Shown: one piece after another, positions 13,091 through 27,214 of the stretch
Layout of the letters: the number at the start of each line of letters is the position of its first letter
Numbering within the stretch: the stretch's first letter is position 1
Made by a program: the position numbers and the translations under genes
The notes under the pieces: generated by a model
What the model saw: only the letters and a program-made list of their open reading frames with translations
What the model was told of the DNA's origin: nothing
Database searches by the model: none
Origin: Chiloscyllium plagiosum
Taxonomy: Eukaryota
Reading direction: 5' to 3'
Assembly: GCF_004010195.1 (NCBI RefSeq)
Contig: NC_057719.1
Coordinates: 45,033,766 to 45,097,765 of the forward strand
DNA length: 64,000 nt

Positions 13091-14567
13091 GAAATAGGTA
13101 GCCATGGGCACCTGCATGGGCCCCAGCTATTCCTGTCTCTTTTTCAGCCAAGTAGAACAGTCCATCTTCCGTAGTTACGCCGGCACCACTCCCCACCTCT
13201 TCCTCCACTACATTGATGACTGCATCGGCGCCACCTCGTGCTCCCCAACACATTCCACCCTGACCTTAAATTCACCTGGACCATCTCTGACACCTCCCTC
13301 CCCTTCCTGGACCTCTCCTTCTCCCTTAATGACGACCGACTCAACACTAACATTTTTCAAACCCACCGACTCCCGCAGCTACCTGGATTAAGCCTCTTCC
13401 CATCCTATCTCCTGAAAAAAATGCTATCCCGTATTCCCAATTCCTTCACCTCCGCTGTATCTGTTCCCAGGAGGACCAGTTCCACCACAGAACACATCAG
13501 ATTACCTCCTTCTTTAAAGACTGCAATTTCCCATCCTACGTGGTTGAAGATGCCCTCCAATGCATCTCATCCACATCCCGCACCTCCGCCCTCAAACCCC
13601 ATCCCTCCAACTGCAACAAGGATAGAACCCCCCTGGTGCTCACCTTCCACCCTACCAACCTCCGCATAAACCGCATCATCCGTCAACATTTCCGCCACCT
13701 ACAAATGGACCTCACCATCAGGGATATATTTCCCTCCCCATCCCATCCGCTTTCCGCAAAGACTGTTCCCTCTGTGACTACCTGGTCAGGTCCACGCCCC
13801 CCAACAACCCACCCCCCCTCCTTCTGGCACCTTCCCCTGCCACCGCAGGAATTGCAAAACCTGCGCCCACACCTCCTCCCTCACCTCCATCTAAGGCCCC
13901 AAAGGAGCCTTTCACATCCATCATAGATTCACTTCCACAAACGTAATATTGTATCCGTTGCTCCTGATGCGGTCTCCTTTACATTGGGGAGACGAGACGC
14001 CTTCTCACAGAGTGCTTTAGGGAACATCTCTGGGGCACCCGCACCAATCAACCCCACCACCCCGTGGCTGAACATTTCAACTCCTCCTTCCACTCTGCCG
14101 AAGACATGCAGGTCCTGGGCCTCCTCCACTGCCACTCCCTCACCACCCGACGCCTGGAGGAAGAACGCCTCATCTTCCAAGTTCAACACTTCAACCCCAT
14201 GGCATCAATGTGGATTTCACCAGTTTCCTCATTTCCCCTCCCCCCACCTTACACCAGTTCCAACTTTCCAGCTCAGCACCACCCTCATGACCTGTCCTAC
14301 CTGCCAATCTCCCTTCCCACCGATCCGCTCCACCCTCCTCTCCGACCTTTCACCTTCATCCACCTATTGCACTCACAACTACCTTCTCCCCAGCCCCACC
14401 CATTTTTTCTCCATCCTGGTGGCTCACAGCCACATTCCTGATGAAGGGCTCCTGCCTGAAACGTCGAGTTTCCTACTCCTCAGATGCTGCCTGACCTGCT
14501 GTGCTTTTCCAGCATCACTCTAATCTTGACTCTGATCTCTCCAGCATCTGCAGTCTTCACATTCGCC
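13091..14567 (+). mobile_element. Penelope-like retroelement (RT + GIY-YIG), 5'-truncated, disrupted
   Basis: AMGTCMGPSYSCLF, YIDD, decayed IYCIRC..CGLLYIG GIY-YIG, AEHFNS..RRLEEERLIF; ends in ribozyme-bearing terminal repeat. Confidence 0.92.
14433..14472 (+). ncRNA. Minimal hammerhead ribozyme motif (PLE family 1)
   Basis: CTGATGA(14438)-A-gggc tcct gcct-GAAA-CGTC; core intact, stem II has a G-U pair. Confidence 0.75.
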
Positions 14568-17210
14568 CGAGCATCCATGTACTCCATCACAATCCGCAGC
14601 CTCAAGGCCCAGCATATCCACCATTTTACCATCAAATCAGGGGATCAGCTCTGTATCATTGAAAAGTGCAGGAGCGCATGCCAGGAACAGTACCAAAATG
14701 TGGTGACCATTGCAAGTGTAAACTCCAAGTGGTAGAGCGAAGCAATTCCACAAGCAATGGATCAGAAGTAATCCTGCCACTTGCAGTTGTGAATGGTGGT
14801 GGACAATTAATCAACTCACTGCAGGAGGAGGCACCACAAATATACCTATCGTCAATGATGGGGGAGCAGAGCACATCAGCGCAAAGGATAAAACTGAAGC
14901 GTTTGCAACAATCGTCAGCAAGAAGTGCCAAGTGGATGATCCATCTTGGCCTCATCCAAAGGTCCTCAGCATCCCAGATGTTCTCAATTTGACAGTCAAT
15001 ATACAATTTGGAGCATTGTTCTCGACTCCTCAGATATAGATCAGTCCATGTTCAAATACAGCAGGTTTGGTTTGGTTTGACATGAAGCAAGTAAAGTATG
15101 CCACACAAGGGTCAGGAAATGACCATCTCCAACAATAAAATAAATCTAACCATCATCCCTTGGCATTCAATGGCGTTATCACCACTGAATCCTAAGGTTA
15201 CCATTGATCAGAAACTGAACTGAATTAGCCATATAAATACTGGGACTACAGGAGTAAGACAGAGGCTAGGAGTTTGGCAGTGAGTAACTCACCTCCTGAC
15301 TCCCCAGTGCCCATCCATCATCCACAAGGTCCAAGTCAGGAGTGCAATGGAATACTCCCCATTTGTCTGGGATGATGCAGCTCCAAAAACACTCAAAAAG
15401 CTTGATACAATCCAGCACAAAGAAGCCTGCTTATTTGGCACCACATTCACAAACATTTACTCCCATCACCACTGACGCTCAGTTGCAGCAGTGTGTACTA
15501 TCTACAAGATACACTGCAGAAATTGACCAAGGCTTCATAGATAGCATTTTCTGAACCCACAATCCCTACCACCCAGAAATACAAAGTCAGTAGATCAATG
15601 GGAACACTACCACCAGCAAGTTCTCCTCCTCACCACTCACTGCCTGACATGAAAATGAATTACTGCACCTTCTTTGTCTCTAGGTTAAAATCCTTGAAGT
15701 CTCTCCTGAACAGCACATGCACCAGAACAGATCTAGCCAGCAGCTCACCACCTCCTCAAGAACAGCTAAGGATGGATGATTAATTAATGAAAACGAAAAC
15801 ACTTAACCTGAATACATTCTGCACCCTGGGCACTGTCAGTGCTTCTTCAAGTTGGTTTTCAACATGGAGACATGTTTATTCATCAACAGGAGATTTCTGT
15901 GTATATGTTTGACCTGATGCCTTGAGACATAATGGGGTCTGGAGTCTGTGTGCGAAGAACTTTCAGGGACTGGATACCACTGTGCTTCTGAAACGACTCC
16001 TGTATCCAGCAGTGGCAATGATGGTGTAGGTGACATTGTCTGTAAAGTATAATTCTGTGAGTATGACTATTCCAAACCTTTGGTTTTCTAATCTGTGGGA
16101 CTACTCTCCAACTTTGGGCACAACTCACCAGTGGTTAGTAAGACGAATCTTGTAGGTTACAAATATTGGATTTGTTAATGTTCTTTCCTGTGTCTCCTCA
16201 ATGCTTGGTGGTCCTTCAGGTTTCATTTCTCTTCTTAGCTTCTATAGAAGTTTGCTATGACTGATTGACTTAATTAGCCATTTCAGACAACACATTGTTG
16301 TGGGTTTGGAGTCACATCTAGCTCAGACCATGTGGGGATAACAAATTTCCTTTCCTAAAGTGGATTAGTGAACTAATATTTTTACAACAATCATCAAAGG
16401 CTTCATGGCCACATCCTAACTAGATTCTAATTTCAGATTTATGACTTGAATTCAAATCTCACCATTTGTCATAATGGGATTTGTACCCATGGCCCCAGAA
16501 CGATATTAGCCCAGTGACATTATCACTGAATCTCCACCTTTACCAGTGGGCAATAAATGCTGGCCTTGCTGTTATTACCCATGAAGTCCTATTTTTCAAT
16601 TTAATACCAACATACCAAAGCAGGATCTCTTCCCTAATCTGCATTTGTTTCAATATTGCACATGATATAGAACTTTGCCATAATGATTATTATATCCCTT
16701 AAAGCAAGCTAAACAATAATCAGGAAATGATAAATGCATTTTGACAGTGTTCCTTGCTTCTGAATTTTACCAATACTAATTGATCATTGCAGTGTACTAT
16801 GTTTGCTTTAGTACATGATTGTATACCACATCAATTTTGTGTAGATATCCTATGCAATCCTTAGTTTCAGTTCCTCAAATTATAAACTTCCTTGTTTTAA
16901 ATCTGTGCATAGCCTTACCCCTCCTGTCTTGGCAACTTCCTCTGCCCCATCAACCTCTCTTCCACTGAATTCTCTTTCTCTGCCTATGATCGCTTGTGCA
17001 TTTTCTCACCTTTCACTTTACCATTGATAGTTGTATATTCAGGATCTACGTCTAATTACATTCCTGTCCTTTTGTCTCTTCAAACCTCTTTTCTTCCCAT
17101 AAAAATCTCCTTAAAACCTACCTTTCATGTGTCTTTTATCTTTCCTTTATTGAAATAAATTACTTTTCCTGTTGCTTGTGTGAAGCTCTTGATGCATTTT
17201 TCTAAGGCAA

Positions 17211-17910
17211 ATAGAGTCATAGAGAGGTACAGCATGGAAAAAGACCCTTCTGTCCAACTCGTTCATGCTGACCAATTATCCCAAACTAATCTTGTCCCAC
17301 CTGCCAGCAGCCGGCCCATATCCCTCCAAACCCTTCCTATTCATATACCCATCCAGATACCTTTTACATGTTGAAATTGTACCAGCCTCCACCACTTCCT
17401 CTGGCAGCTCATTCCATACACGTACCACCCTCTGTGTGAAAAAATTGCCCCTTAGGTTTCTTTTATATCTTTCCCCTCTCGTCCTAAACTTATGCCCTCT
17501 AGTTGTGGATTGTTCCACCCCAGGGAAAAGACCTTGACTATTTACCCTATCCATGCCATTCATGATTTTATAAACCTCCATAAGTCACCCCTCAGCCTCC
17601 AACACTCCAGGGAAAACAGCCCCAGCCTATTCAACCCCTGCCTATAGCTCAAATCCTCCAACCCTTGCAACATGCTTATAAATCTTTTCAAGTTTCACGG
17701 CATCCTTCCAATAGGAAGGAGACCAAGATTGCACACAATTTTCCAAAAGTGGCCTAACCAATGCCCTGTATAGCCGTAACATGACCTCAGAACCCCTATA
17801 CTCAATACTCTGACCAATAAAGGAAAACATATCAAACGCCTTCTTCACTATCCTATCTACCTGTGGCTCTACATTCAAGGAGCTATGAACCTGCACTCCA
17901 AGGTCTCTGC
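17211..17910 (-). mobile_element. CR1 LINE 3' fragment
   Basis: DLGVQVHSSLNV, LYRALVRPLLE, FFTQRVVRVWNELP. Confidence 0.93.
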
Positions 17911-19014
17911 GCACAATCTCCAGGTTGGAGGGACCACGCTCTTGTTGCTGACTTCTTCATTCACAAATTTCCCTGTCAGTGTGTCCACTTTCTCTGCTCC
18001 TTGGGACAGCTTAATACACTAAAGTTTTAGTACTCAAGTCGCTGGAACTCATTACTTTCTGACTCAGTCTCCTTCTGTGCTGTAAGATTCTGTGATTCAT
18101 TGTGATCTTACATCATCTAGGTGCTAAGACACAATGTGTTAAATCTAATGCATACAAGAGAGTCATGGAGGAAACTGCATATCTCAAAGTTTCCAACACA
18201 AAATAAGGATAGTACAGATTCAGTTCTTCTGTTTTCAGATCCCTCCAAAACTCTAAGTATATCCATGCCACCCGTCTTTTGAAGTCTCACTTTCATGTCA
18301 AAGTTCTTGTGCCGCCTTAAATATCGCCCATCAAGTTGATTGTTGCCAAAATGAAAAAGGAAGGAAGATGTTTACAGACCCTCACTGAGGATTAGTCACT
18401 GACTAATTCATATAACACAAGTAGTCAATAGACAAGACAGTGAAAGAGAAGCACAAAGGTACCGAACAGAAACTGGGGGAAAGTCAATTGCTGACTGTAA
18501 ACAAAGATCTTGTAATGAAAAGAAAGATGCTAGCAGATTCAAATGTTTTTGAATTTAAACAATTTCATGTTTACCATACATATGGCCATTCTTGTGAGAT
18601 ACCTCAAAAGGAATTGACTAAGAAATAGAATTAGCATTTAGATTGTAGCACTTGCAACATGAAATAGGCCATTCAGCCCATTGGAATTGTGGTGATGGTA
18701 ATGCATCATCAACCTTCATAATAATGAGATAAGGACAGGATGAATCCAATCAATTTTGTTCCCATTCTCCCGGCAAGAAGGGTGCTACAATTGGCCTGTT
18801 GTCATTGAAAACAATTGGATATGTTCACATTTCAATTTTTCTCTAATGTTATTTTCAGAAAGTGTGTATTTACATTAGGAAAAGATTGGGTAAGATAAGA
18901 TTTAATCCTTGTGTCTTATAGTGTTCCACAATTGTGGTAGTCAAATCTCCAAGCAGCAAACAAGTACTGGTGATAACTATTTATCAGAAAATACATAGAT
19001 TTTGAAGTACACAG

Positions 19015-19710
19015 ATTTTCCCATTAATGTACATTGGCATTACCATAACTGAAACCCCTGCTATCATTGACCATTGACTAGGAACTAGGCTAATCGAGCC
19101 ATATAAGTACTTTGGTTACCAGAGCACACCAGAGTTTAGGAATTCTGCATTGACTTACTTACCTTTTGTCTCCCCATTGCCTATCCCCATTATCAATAAG
19201 GCATAGATCAATGTTGCAGTGGAATTCTCTCCATTTGCCTGGATGGGTGCAGGTCCAACAACATGTAAGAATGTCAACACCGTCCAGAACAAAGCAGTCC
19301 ATTTAATTCAAACCCCATTCATCATTTTTAACATTTAACTCATCATAAATATACAGTGACATAAATGTGTGCCAGTTACAAGATGCACTATCGTAACTCA
19401 CCAAGGCTTTTTCAACAGCACCTTTCAAACCATAACCTCCACCACGTAAAAGAACAAGGGCAGCAAAACATTGCAACACCACTGTCTGCACATTTCTGCC
19501 TAAGCTACACATCATCCTGACTTGGAAGTATATCACAACTCTTTATTACCACTCCTTGACTATCACTGGGTCACAATCCTGGTATTCTCTCTCAGGCAGT
19601 ATTGTGGATGTATCTAAACCCCAGAACAGTGGTGTTTCAAAAAGGCATCTCACAAATACCTTCTCAATGGCAATTAATGCTTGGTGCAGCCAGTATTGCC
19701 ACATGTCGAA
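19015..19710 (+). mobile_element. Old non-LTR LINE (second family) 3' portion
   Basis: Colinear with 15150-15790. Confidence 0.7.
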
Positions 19711-20349
19711 TGAGATGGTGATGGGTTAATTTCAACTGGAAAACGTTTTGTCTGAACTGAAAGGTCAGTCGTAGTGAACTGAATTCTAGGAGACACCAGA
19801 ACATTCTAAGAGGAATATTTGCTGCCCCACAGAGATTTAATGACCAAATGACAATAAATAGGTGGAGAGCAGGGTTTTCACACTTCAGGGACAGAAACAT
19901 AATCAGTTAGACTATGCAGGATATCTCAGCACAGAGCCCATTTAACCTACCAATTTTATATACAGGTATGACCACCTTACTTGTAAAAGCTTTGAGCTAT
20001 GGAGTTACTTGATCTCAGTGAGAAGAATTTCAGTTGCTGCTGACAAGTCTGTCATATATCTCCCATTAACAAGCCAGATTTTATAGTACAGTGTCAATTG
20101 TACCTGAGAGCAAAGTTCTCATTCTATTTTCTTAAAGGTCCCTTTCCATGTCTTAAAAATATCACAAAACCCTTTAACTCACATAATCACTTTTTTTTCT
20201 AAATAAGAACAAGTAATACAATTAAATATATGTATTATTTTCTTTCAACAAGAAACTTGATGCTGGTTCTGCTGTAGGATTGTTATTTTTAATAGGTATT
20301 AATTATGACTTGATGGAACAAATGAATTAAATTCTATTTTGTTTAACAG

Positions 20350-20410
20350 TGGTTAGTTGTAAAAATATTGTGTAAGGAAGAATATCCATATGGACCAGAC
20401 TAAATGTAAG
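20350..20410 (+). other. Candidate 61-nt exon
   Basis: ttctattttgtttaacag| ... taaatgtaag|gtaatt in unique AT-rich sequence; possible ATG at 20390 (MDQTKCK). Confidence 0.25.
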
Positions 20411-20611
20411 GTAATTCCTTTTATTGCTATTATATGGTCCAAGTTAATACAAGCACTGTAATGAAGAGAAGGAAACTATGGTTTGTTAATCAGAGGTCAA
20501 ATAAGTAGATGCCTTTGAAATGGACACAACTCTTACTCAGGACTCAATTACTTGTGACTTAAATTGGTTTATTTTGTAACTTAAATACAAGCCTCCAGGT
20601 ATATTTTCTAT

Positions 20612-20660
20612 ATATAGGTGTGTGTGTGTGTGTATATATATATAAATATATATTATATAG
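20612..20660. repeat. (TG)n/(TA)n microsatellite
   Basis: Direct reading. Confidence 0.85.
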
Positions 20661-21109
20661 GTTACATTGAAATTAGGTTCTAATGTGAGTTTTGTAGTTG
20701 TTTAGATTGATTGCATTCTGTTGTCTCAATGGAAATATACAGATTATATCTATAGACTCCATATAGAATTTTATACTAGAGCAGCTTGTACTCTTGCTAT
20801 TTTTAGTTAACTTGTCTTAGGCACCAGAGTCATGATGAAGTCATGCGTTGACAAATGGTTCTTTTAATTAAGACATATTGAGAAACTTTGGCTTTTTTTT
20901 AGAACATTCAGATGTAACAGTTGGAACTTTTAGAATTACATTAAATAATTGGCAGTTAACAATACATACCCCAGGTAAACACATAAATGGGTCCATTGGT
21001 GCTGTATTGTCAGCAAAGGTGTAATAAGTTTGCAGGCCTATTCAGATAGGCTACAACAAAATCATGATCTTACAATGTGAATGACATGCCAAATGTTGAA
21101 TCAGGAGAC

Positions 21110-22533
21110 AACATAGAACATAGAATAATACAGCACAGAACAGGCCCTTCGGCCCACAATGTTGTGCCGAACATTTGTCCTAGCTTAAGCACCCATCCAT
21201 GTACTTAATAAATTGCCGCTTAAAGGTCACCAAAGATTCTGACTCTACCACTCCCACAGGCAGCGCATTCCATGCCCCCACCACTCTCTGGGTAAAGAAC
21301 CCACCCCTGACATCTCCCCTATACCTTCTACCCTTCACCTTAAATTTATGTCCCCTTGTAACACTCTGTTGTACTCGGGGAAAAAGTTTCTGACTGTCTA
21401 CTCTATCTATTCGTCCTGTACAGCTGCAACATCACTTCACGACTCTTGAATTCAATCCCTCTGCTAATGAACGATAATACTCCATAGGCCTTCTTACAAA
21501 CTCTATCCACCTGAGTGGCAACCTTCAAAGATCTATGTACATAGACCCCAAGATCCCTCTGTTCCTCCACCTGACTAAGAACCCTACCATTAACCCTGTA
21601 TTCTTATTTGTTCTTCCAAAATGGACAACCTCACACTTGGCAGGGTTGAACTCCATCTGCCACTCCTCAGCTCAGCTCTGCATCATATCTAAGTCTCTTT
21701 GCAGCCGACAACAGCCCTCCTCACTGTCCACAACTCCACCTATCTTCGTATCGTCTGCAAATTTACTGACCCACCCTTCGACTCCCTCATCTAAGTCATT
21801 AGTATAACTTACAAACAGCAGAGGACCCAGAACTGATTCCTGCGGAACTCCACTTGTAACTGGGCTCCAGGCTGAATATTTGCCATCTACCACCACTCTC
21901 TGACTTCGACTGGTTAGCCAGTTTTCTATCCAATTGGCCAGATTTCCCTCTATCCCATGCCTCCTGACTTTCCGCATAAGTCTACCATGGGGAACCTTAT
22001 CAAATGCCTTACTGAAATCCATGTACACTACATCCACTGCTCTTCCCTCATCCACATGCTTGGTCCCCTCCTCGAAGAATTCAATAAGACTTGTAAGGCA
22101 AGATCTACCCTTCACAAATCCGTGCTGGCTGTCCCTAATCAAGCAGTGTCTTTCCAGATACTCATAAATCCTATCCCTCAGTACCCTTTCCATTACTTTG
22201 CCTACCACCGAAGTAAGACTAACTGGCCTGTAATTCCCGGGGTTATCCCTATTCCCTTTTTTGAACAGGGGCACAACATTCGCCACTCTCCAGTCCCCTG
22301 GTACCACCCCCGTTGACAGTGAAGACGAAAAGATCATTGTCAACGGTACTGCAATTTCCTCTCTTGCTTCCCACATAATCCTAGGATATATCCCGTCAGG
22401 CCCAGGGGACTTGTCTATCCTCAAGTTGTTCAAAATGTCCAACACATCTTCCTTCCTAACAAGTATCTCCTCTAGCTTACCAGTCCGTTTCACACTCTCC
22501 TCTTCAACAATACGGTCCCTCTCGTTCGTAAAC
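21110..22533 (-). mobile_element. Young CR1 LINE, 5'-truncated, 287-codon open RT segment, internal deletion near 21412
   Basis: [47 protein letters not shown]; (atagaac)-type tail. Confidence 0.95.
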
Positions 22534-22970
22534 AATAAGAGATGTCAGTAAAATGACCAATAGTTTTAAAGAATCACCAGTTAGAATTTAGGATTATACT
22601 GTTTTAGCCAATCTGAGATTCCTCACTGGCAAGCCAATTAGACTTCAGGATGTGTCTGATCATAAATGGGATAGGGGTAGTGGCTAGACTGGCTTTATTA
22701 GAGATGGTTAATGGCTTGTCTACAAGAAAGGAAGTGTGAAAACAGAGGTGAATTCCAGTCAACAGAAGAAGATAAGAGCTGTAATCCCAGTCAACAAGTG
22801 TTCTGTACTAGTGTCCCAAATGGATTGACTTTTTTTTAAATTGAGTATCATTTCTTTTATATTTGCTTTGCTAAACTTACCAAATTCTCTGAAATATATT
22901 AAGACATATTTCTCCCTGAAATGGCCTTAACAGGGCTTGTAAACATTTGGATTGGCTCTCTGAACTTAGA

Positions 22971-23074
22971 GGAGAAAGTGAGGACTACAGATGCTGGAGA
23001 TCAGAGCTGAAAATGTGTTGGTGGAAAAGCGCAGCAGGTCAGGCAGCATCCAAGGAACAGGAGAATCGACGTTT
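22971..23074 (-). mobile_element. Short PLE terminal-repeat insertion truncated inside the ribozyme
   Basis: Near-identical to 59341-59443; 5' end reads aaacgtcgattctcc. Confidence 0.85.
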
Positions 23075-26000
23075 GTACTTCACATGATCTACTCTCATTC
23101 AAATACCTCCACATTCTAACCACTTCCTAATAAATATTTTGGTTATTCTTTTTGGTTATTCCCTCAAGTGGAAACCTAAATTATTGGGTTGAACTCTGTA
23201 AACCCCAAAGAAGTCCTGTTGTTGGGTCAAAAACAGGTACTGACCCTGATCCAATTGGCAGGGTGACAGATAGTGAATAATGCCTGCTCTTCAAATTGCC
23301 ATCTCTTCCACCTTCAAGCTCATTTCTGGGAAATTTCAGCCAGTTCTATTCACATCTAATCTGCTCAACCCTTTGTTAATGTTATAGACCTGGATTACGT
23401 CATCTCTTTTCTGAAACAAAAATATAGGCTAAGCCCTTCCACCTTTACCTGACAACTATAAAGGCTCAGCTTGGTTTTAAGAACCCTGTATATCTTTTTC
23501 TGCATTTTCTCCAGTTCTTCCTCTACCATTTTTATTGCATGTGAATCAGAACTACGCATAATATTAAGGGTGGACTGACTAAAGTTGTATGCAAGTTTAA
23601 TAGACATGCACCTCTTTCGATTTCTGTGTCTCGAGAGCAGGATTCTGCAAATTGTCTCACCTAAAGGACCTTTTATTTAAAGATTGCCTAAAATTAAAAA
23701 AATTGGGTGTCTTAAGGCAAAAATTCAGCTTTTTTAAACCAAATACTTGCCAAATTGCCATAGTTTCTATACATAATAAAGAAAATATGTGGATTGAATT
23801 TTGTATCAATAGAAAAGAAATCAAAATTGAAATAAACCTAACTGAATTTCTGACTACGTTTATGACATGGAAAAAATGACAAAAACATCATTTTTAAAAC
23901 AAGCGTTAAAACCCGATGCATAGAATTAAGACAAATGTTTTCAGCTATTCACTCTCATGACTTAAGAATAAAATGTCTAGGAACAAATTTAGAATAATTA
24001 TCATTTGAGCTATATTGGAAACAATAATAATTTCAACCATAAAATCTATTTCTTGAATCAAAGGAATTATCTAAAATCAGCTATACCTGTGAATAGGTTT
24101 ATTTAGAGCTTAATTATATTTTTCAGTGTTGAAATAATCACTCAATACCTTAAGGTGTAGCACAATAATTAGCTCCATAATAAAAACATGGTTCTTACTT
24201 CTTTGACTTAGTTTTTGTTGTTTAGGGTCTTTTTCATGTTGATGTATTCCAATTGGATAAGGTTGGGAGTTGCCTGCTGCTGTGGACCTGGAGGTGCACA
24301 CCCTAGTTTTTGACTGCTTACTGCTTGTTATCCTGTTGAAGAAGATTAGTCAGGGCACGGCAGAATTGGAGCTGCCAGCCCAAAGAGAGGGACAATCAGT
24401 AAGTCTGCAGCTACAGCAGACCCATGGGACAGCTGGGTGCTGCTAAGATAGGGCACTGAAACATGAAGGCTCCCTTAGAGGCAAGGCTACATAATTCTTG
24501 TGCAGGCTGCACATGATTCAGCCTCTTTGCCATTTAACACAGCAGTGAACACAAATACACAACACATTGGTGAGGAAGTGAGGACTGCAGGAGTAAATCA
24601 AATGACTTGTTGAACCTGCACCAGCATACAAGAGGACCCTGGCTGATCTTGGGTTTCAACTCATTTGCTTCCCATATCCCTTGATTTACTGAGACACCAA
24701 AAATCTGTCAATCTTAGCCTTAACTATATTCAATGACAGACTATTCACAACCCTTCGTGTCAGAGTTTCCAAAGATTTGCTAGTAAGGTCTATGTCAGAC
24801 ATAAAGAAGAAGGAAAATCATGGTTTGGGTGTTGAGGGGGAGCTCCTTTACATGCTACTGTGTTGCTGCACCCAGGCAGGGATAGAGTGTCACCAGTCTG
24901 TTAAAAGTGGTGCACCTTCTGTGCTATTACTGGGCAGATGCTTCCAGACAGTTCATCTGGCCCCGTCAAGAAGCTGAATGAAAAATTCCAGATCGCCTCC
25001 ACAATTGGCTTTAAAGGTCATTAGCAAGTCCTGTTACATTCCCTTGCAGTCTGTGTGAAAATAGTTTGAGGTAAAATGGAGCTGGGGAACCAGCACACAG
25101 GCTGTTTCTGATATATTTAGTGCCACTGGCCTCTGATCCTGCCTCTGGCAGCAGTTAAAAGTCAAGTACCAAAGATGTTTTAAAAGTCAAAGTCAAAAGA
25201 TGTACTTCTGAAAATACAGCAAATTTTTATTTTTGAAACAGATAAATTGCACAAAGTCCATATTCCCCACTTTGGTTATTTCTGTTAAATTTCCTGAAAC
25301 CTGGTCTTAGACAGTTAGAGTACTGGTGATGCAGAGTTGAGAATCTTTGCCCTAGTGTTCTACTGAACTGGCTGATTCAACTATCAGATTATTTAGTTTG
25401 CCAACTAAGGTAGAATAATATAGTACAGAAGAGGCCCTTCAGCCCATTGAGCCTGTACTGCTAAAATAACATTATTTACACCAGTCCAATGTTTCCAAAC
25501 TAGACTCTTAACCTTGAATGTTATGACATTTCAAGTGCTCATTCAAGTACTTTTGAAAGATTGTGAGGTTTACTGCCTCAATTACCCTCCCAGGTATTCC
25601 ACACTCCCACCACTCTTTTCCTCAAATTCCCTCTAAATCTCCAACATTTCACTTAAAAGTTATGTTTCCTTGTTATTGTCCCTTCAACTAAGAAGAACAA
25701 CTGCATTCTATTCACCCTGTCCATGTCCCTCATAATCCTAGACATCTCTATCAGGTCCCTCATTATCTTCAGTGCTCCAAAGATAACAACCCAAATTTAT
25801 CTAGCCTCTCTTCATAGCTGAAATGTTCCATCCCAGGCAACATCCTGATGATTCTCCTCTGTACAACCTTCAGTACAGTCACATTCTGCCTAAGCATGCT
25901 GACCAGAACTGCACATGGTACTCCAGCAGTACCCTAACCAAACTTCAATACAGCTCGAATATGACCTCCGTAATCTTATAATCTATGCCACAACTGATAA

Positions 26001-26726
26001 AGGCAAGCATTCCACATGCCTTAACTACCCAATTAGCCCTTGGGGATATGTGCACAAATCCCCCAGGATCCCTCTGTTTATTTGCGCTTTCGAGTGCTTT
26101 GCTATTCATTGAGTACTCCCTTGTATTGTTACTCCTCCCAAAGTGCATCACCTCACATTTATCAGGGTTAAGTTCTATCTACCGCTGATCTACACAATCT
26201 GTTTATATCCCTTGTAACACCTTCCTCCTTGCTGACAAACATCCAGTCATCCACAACTTACTCATTATCCATCCCCATCTTCTCATCTGTATAATTTATA
26301 ACTATCACAAACAGTAAGGGACCCAGTGTTGATTCCTGTGTCATGCCACAGCACATTGGGTTCCAGTCAAACAAACAGTCTTCTACCACCGCACTCTGAC
26401 TCCTGTCACTAAGCCAGTCTTGAATCCAACTTGCCAAGTTATCCTGGATCCCATGAGCTTTTAACTTGGTTATTAGTATCCCGTGGGACCTTGTCATAGA
26501 CTTTGCTGAAATCCATATAAACTGTATCAACTGCCCTATTTTATCCACGCAATTGGTCACCTCCTCAAAGAATTTCGCCAGATTTGTTCAGGATGACCTC
26601 CCTCTGACAAAGCCATGCTGACTATCCCTGATCAAACCCTGCCTCTCTAAATGGAGATTAATTGTTTCCTTCACTATTTTCTCCAAAGGTTTCCCAGCCA
26701 TTGATGTTAGACTTAACAGGCTATAA

Positions 26727-26984
26727 TTCCCTCGGGTGATTGCCTGTGTGGAGTTTGCACATTCTCCCCGTGTCTGTGTGGGTTTCCTCCGGGTGCTCTG
26801 GTTTCCTCCCACAGTCCAAAGATGTGCAGGTCAGGTGAATTGGCCATGCTAAATTGCCTATAGTGTCAGGTGCATTAGTCAGAGGGAAATGGGTCTGGGT
26901 AGGTTACTCTTCGGAGGGTCGGTGTGGAGTTGTTGGGCTGAAGGGCCTATTTCCACACTGTAGGGAATCTAATCTAATCTAATT
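26727..26984 (+). mobile_element. HE1-like V-SINE, 5'-truncated
   Basis: Near-identical to 3015-3252, (aatct)n tail. Confidence 0.9.
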
Positions 26985-27134
26985 ATCCTTCCCACCTTTC
27001 TTGTAAATTGGAACAACATTTGCTATCTTCCAGTCCTCTGGCATCTTCCTATTACCAGAGACAAGGTTTAAAAAAATTGGGTCAGAGCCCCTGTAATGTC
27101 TTCCCTTATCTCCCACAACAGACTGGGATACAAC

Positions 27135-27214
27135 ATTCCTGATGAAGGGCTTTTGCCCAAAATGTCGATTTTCCTGCTTCGCAGATGCTACCTGACCTGC
27201 ACCATTCTAATCTT
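27135..27214 (+). mobile_element. 80-bp PLE terminal fragment with 14-bp TSD, decayed hammerhead
   Basis: TSD gactgggatacaac at 27121-27134 and 27215-27228; ctgatgaagggcttttgcccaaaatgtc (GAAA changed to AAAA). Confidence 0.8.

Larger units (their letters stand above)
12776..15790 (+). mobile_element. Old non-LTR LINE (second family), EN to 3' end, internally deleted, interrupted by a PLE
   Basis: APE-endonuclease-like ENTLDLILT..SIGKSGHCTVL at 12897-12985; C-terminal KVQVRSAMEYSP; 3' end similar to 19015-19700. Confidence 0.7.

Noticed and set aside
18118..18350. About 80-codon open stretch on the - strand
   Set aside because: No recognisable homology or donor site; within chance expectation.
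21672..22535. 287-aa RT ORF as a host or domesticated gene
   Set aside because: 5'-truncated CR1 copy with a downstream frameshift and deletion; the open frame reflects youth.
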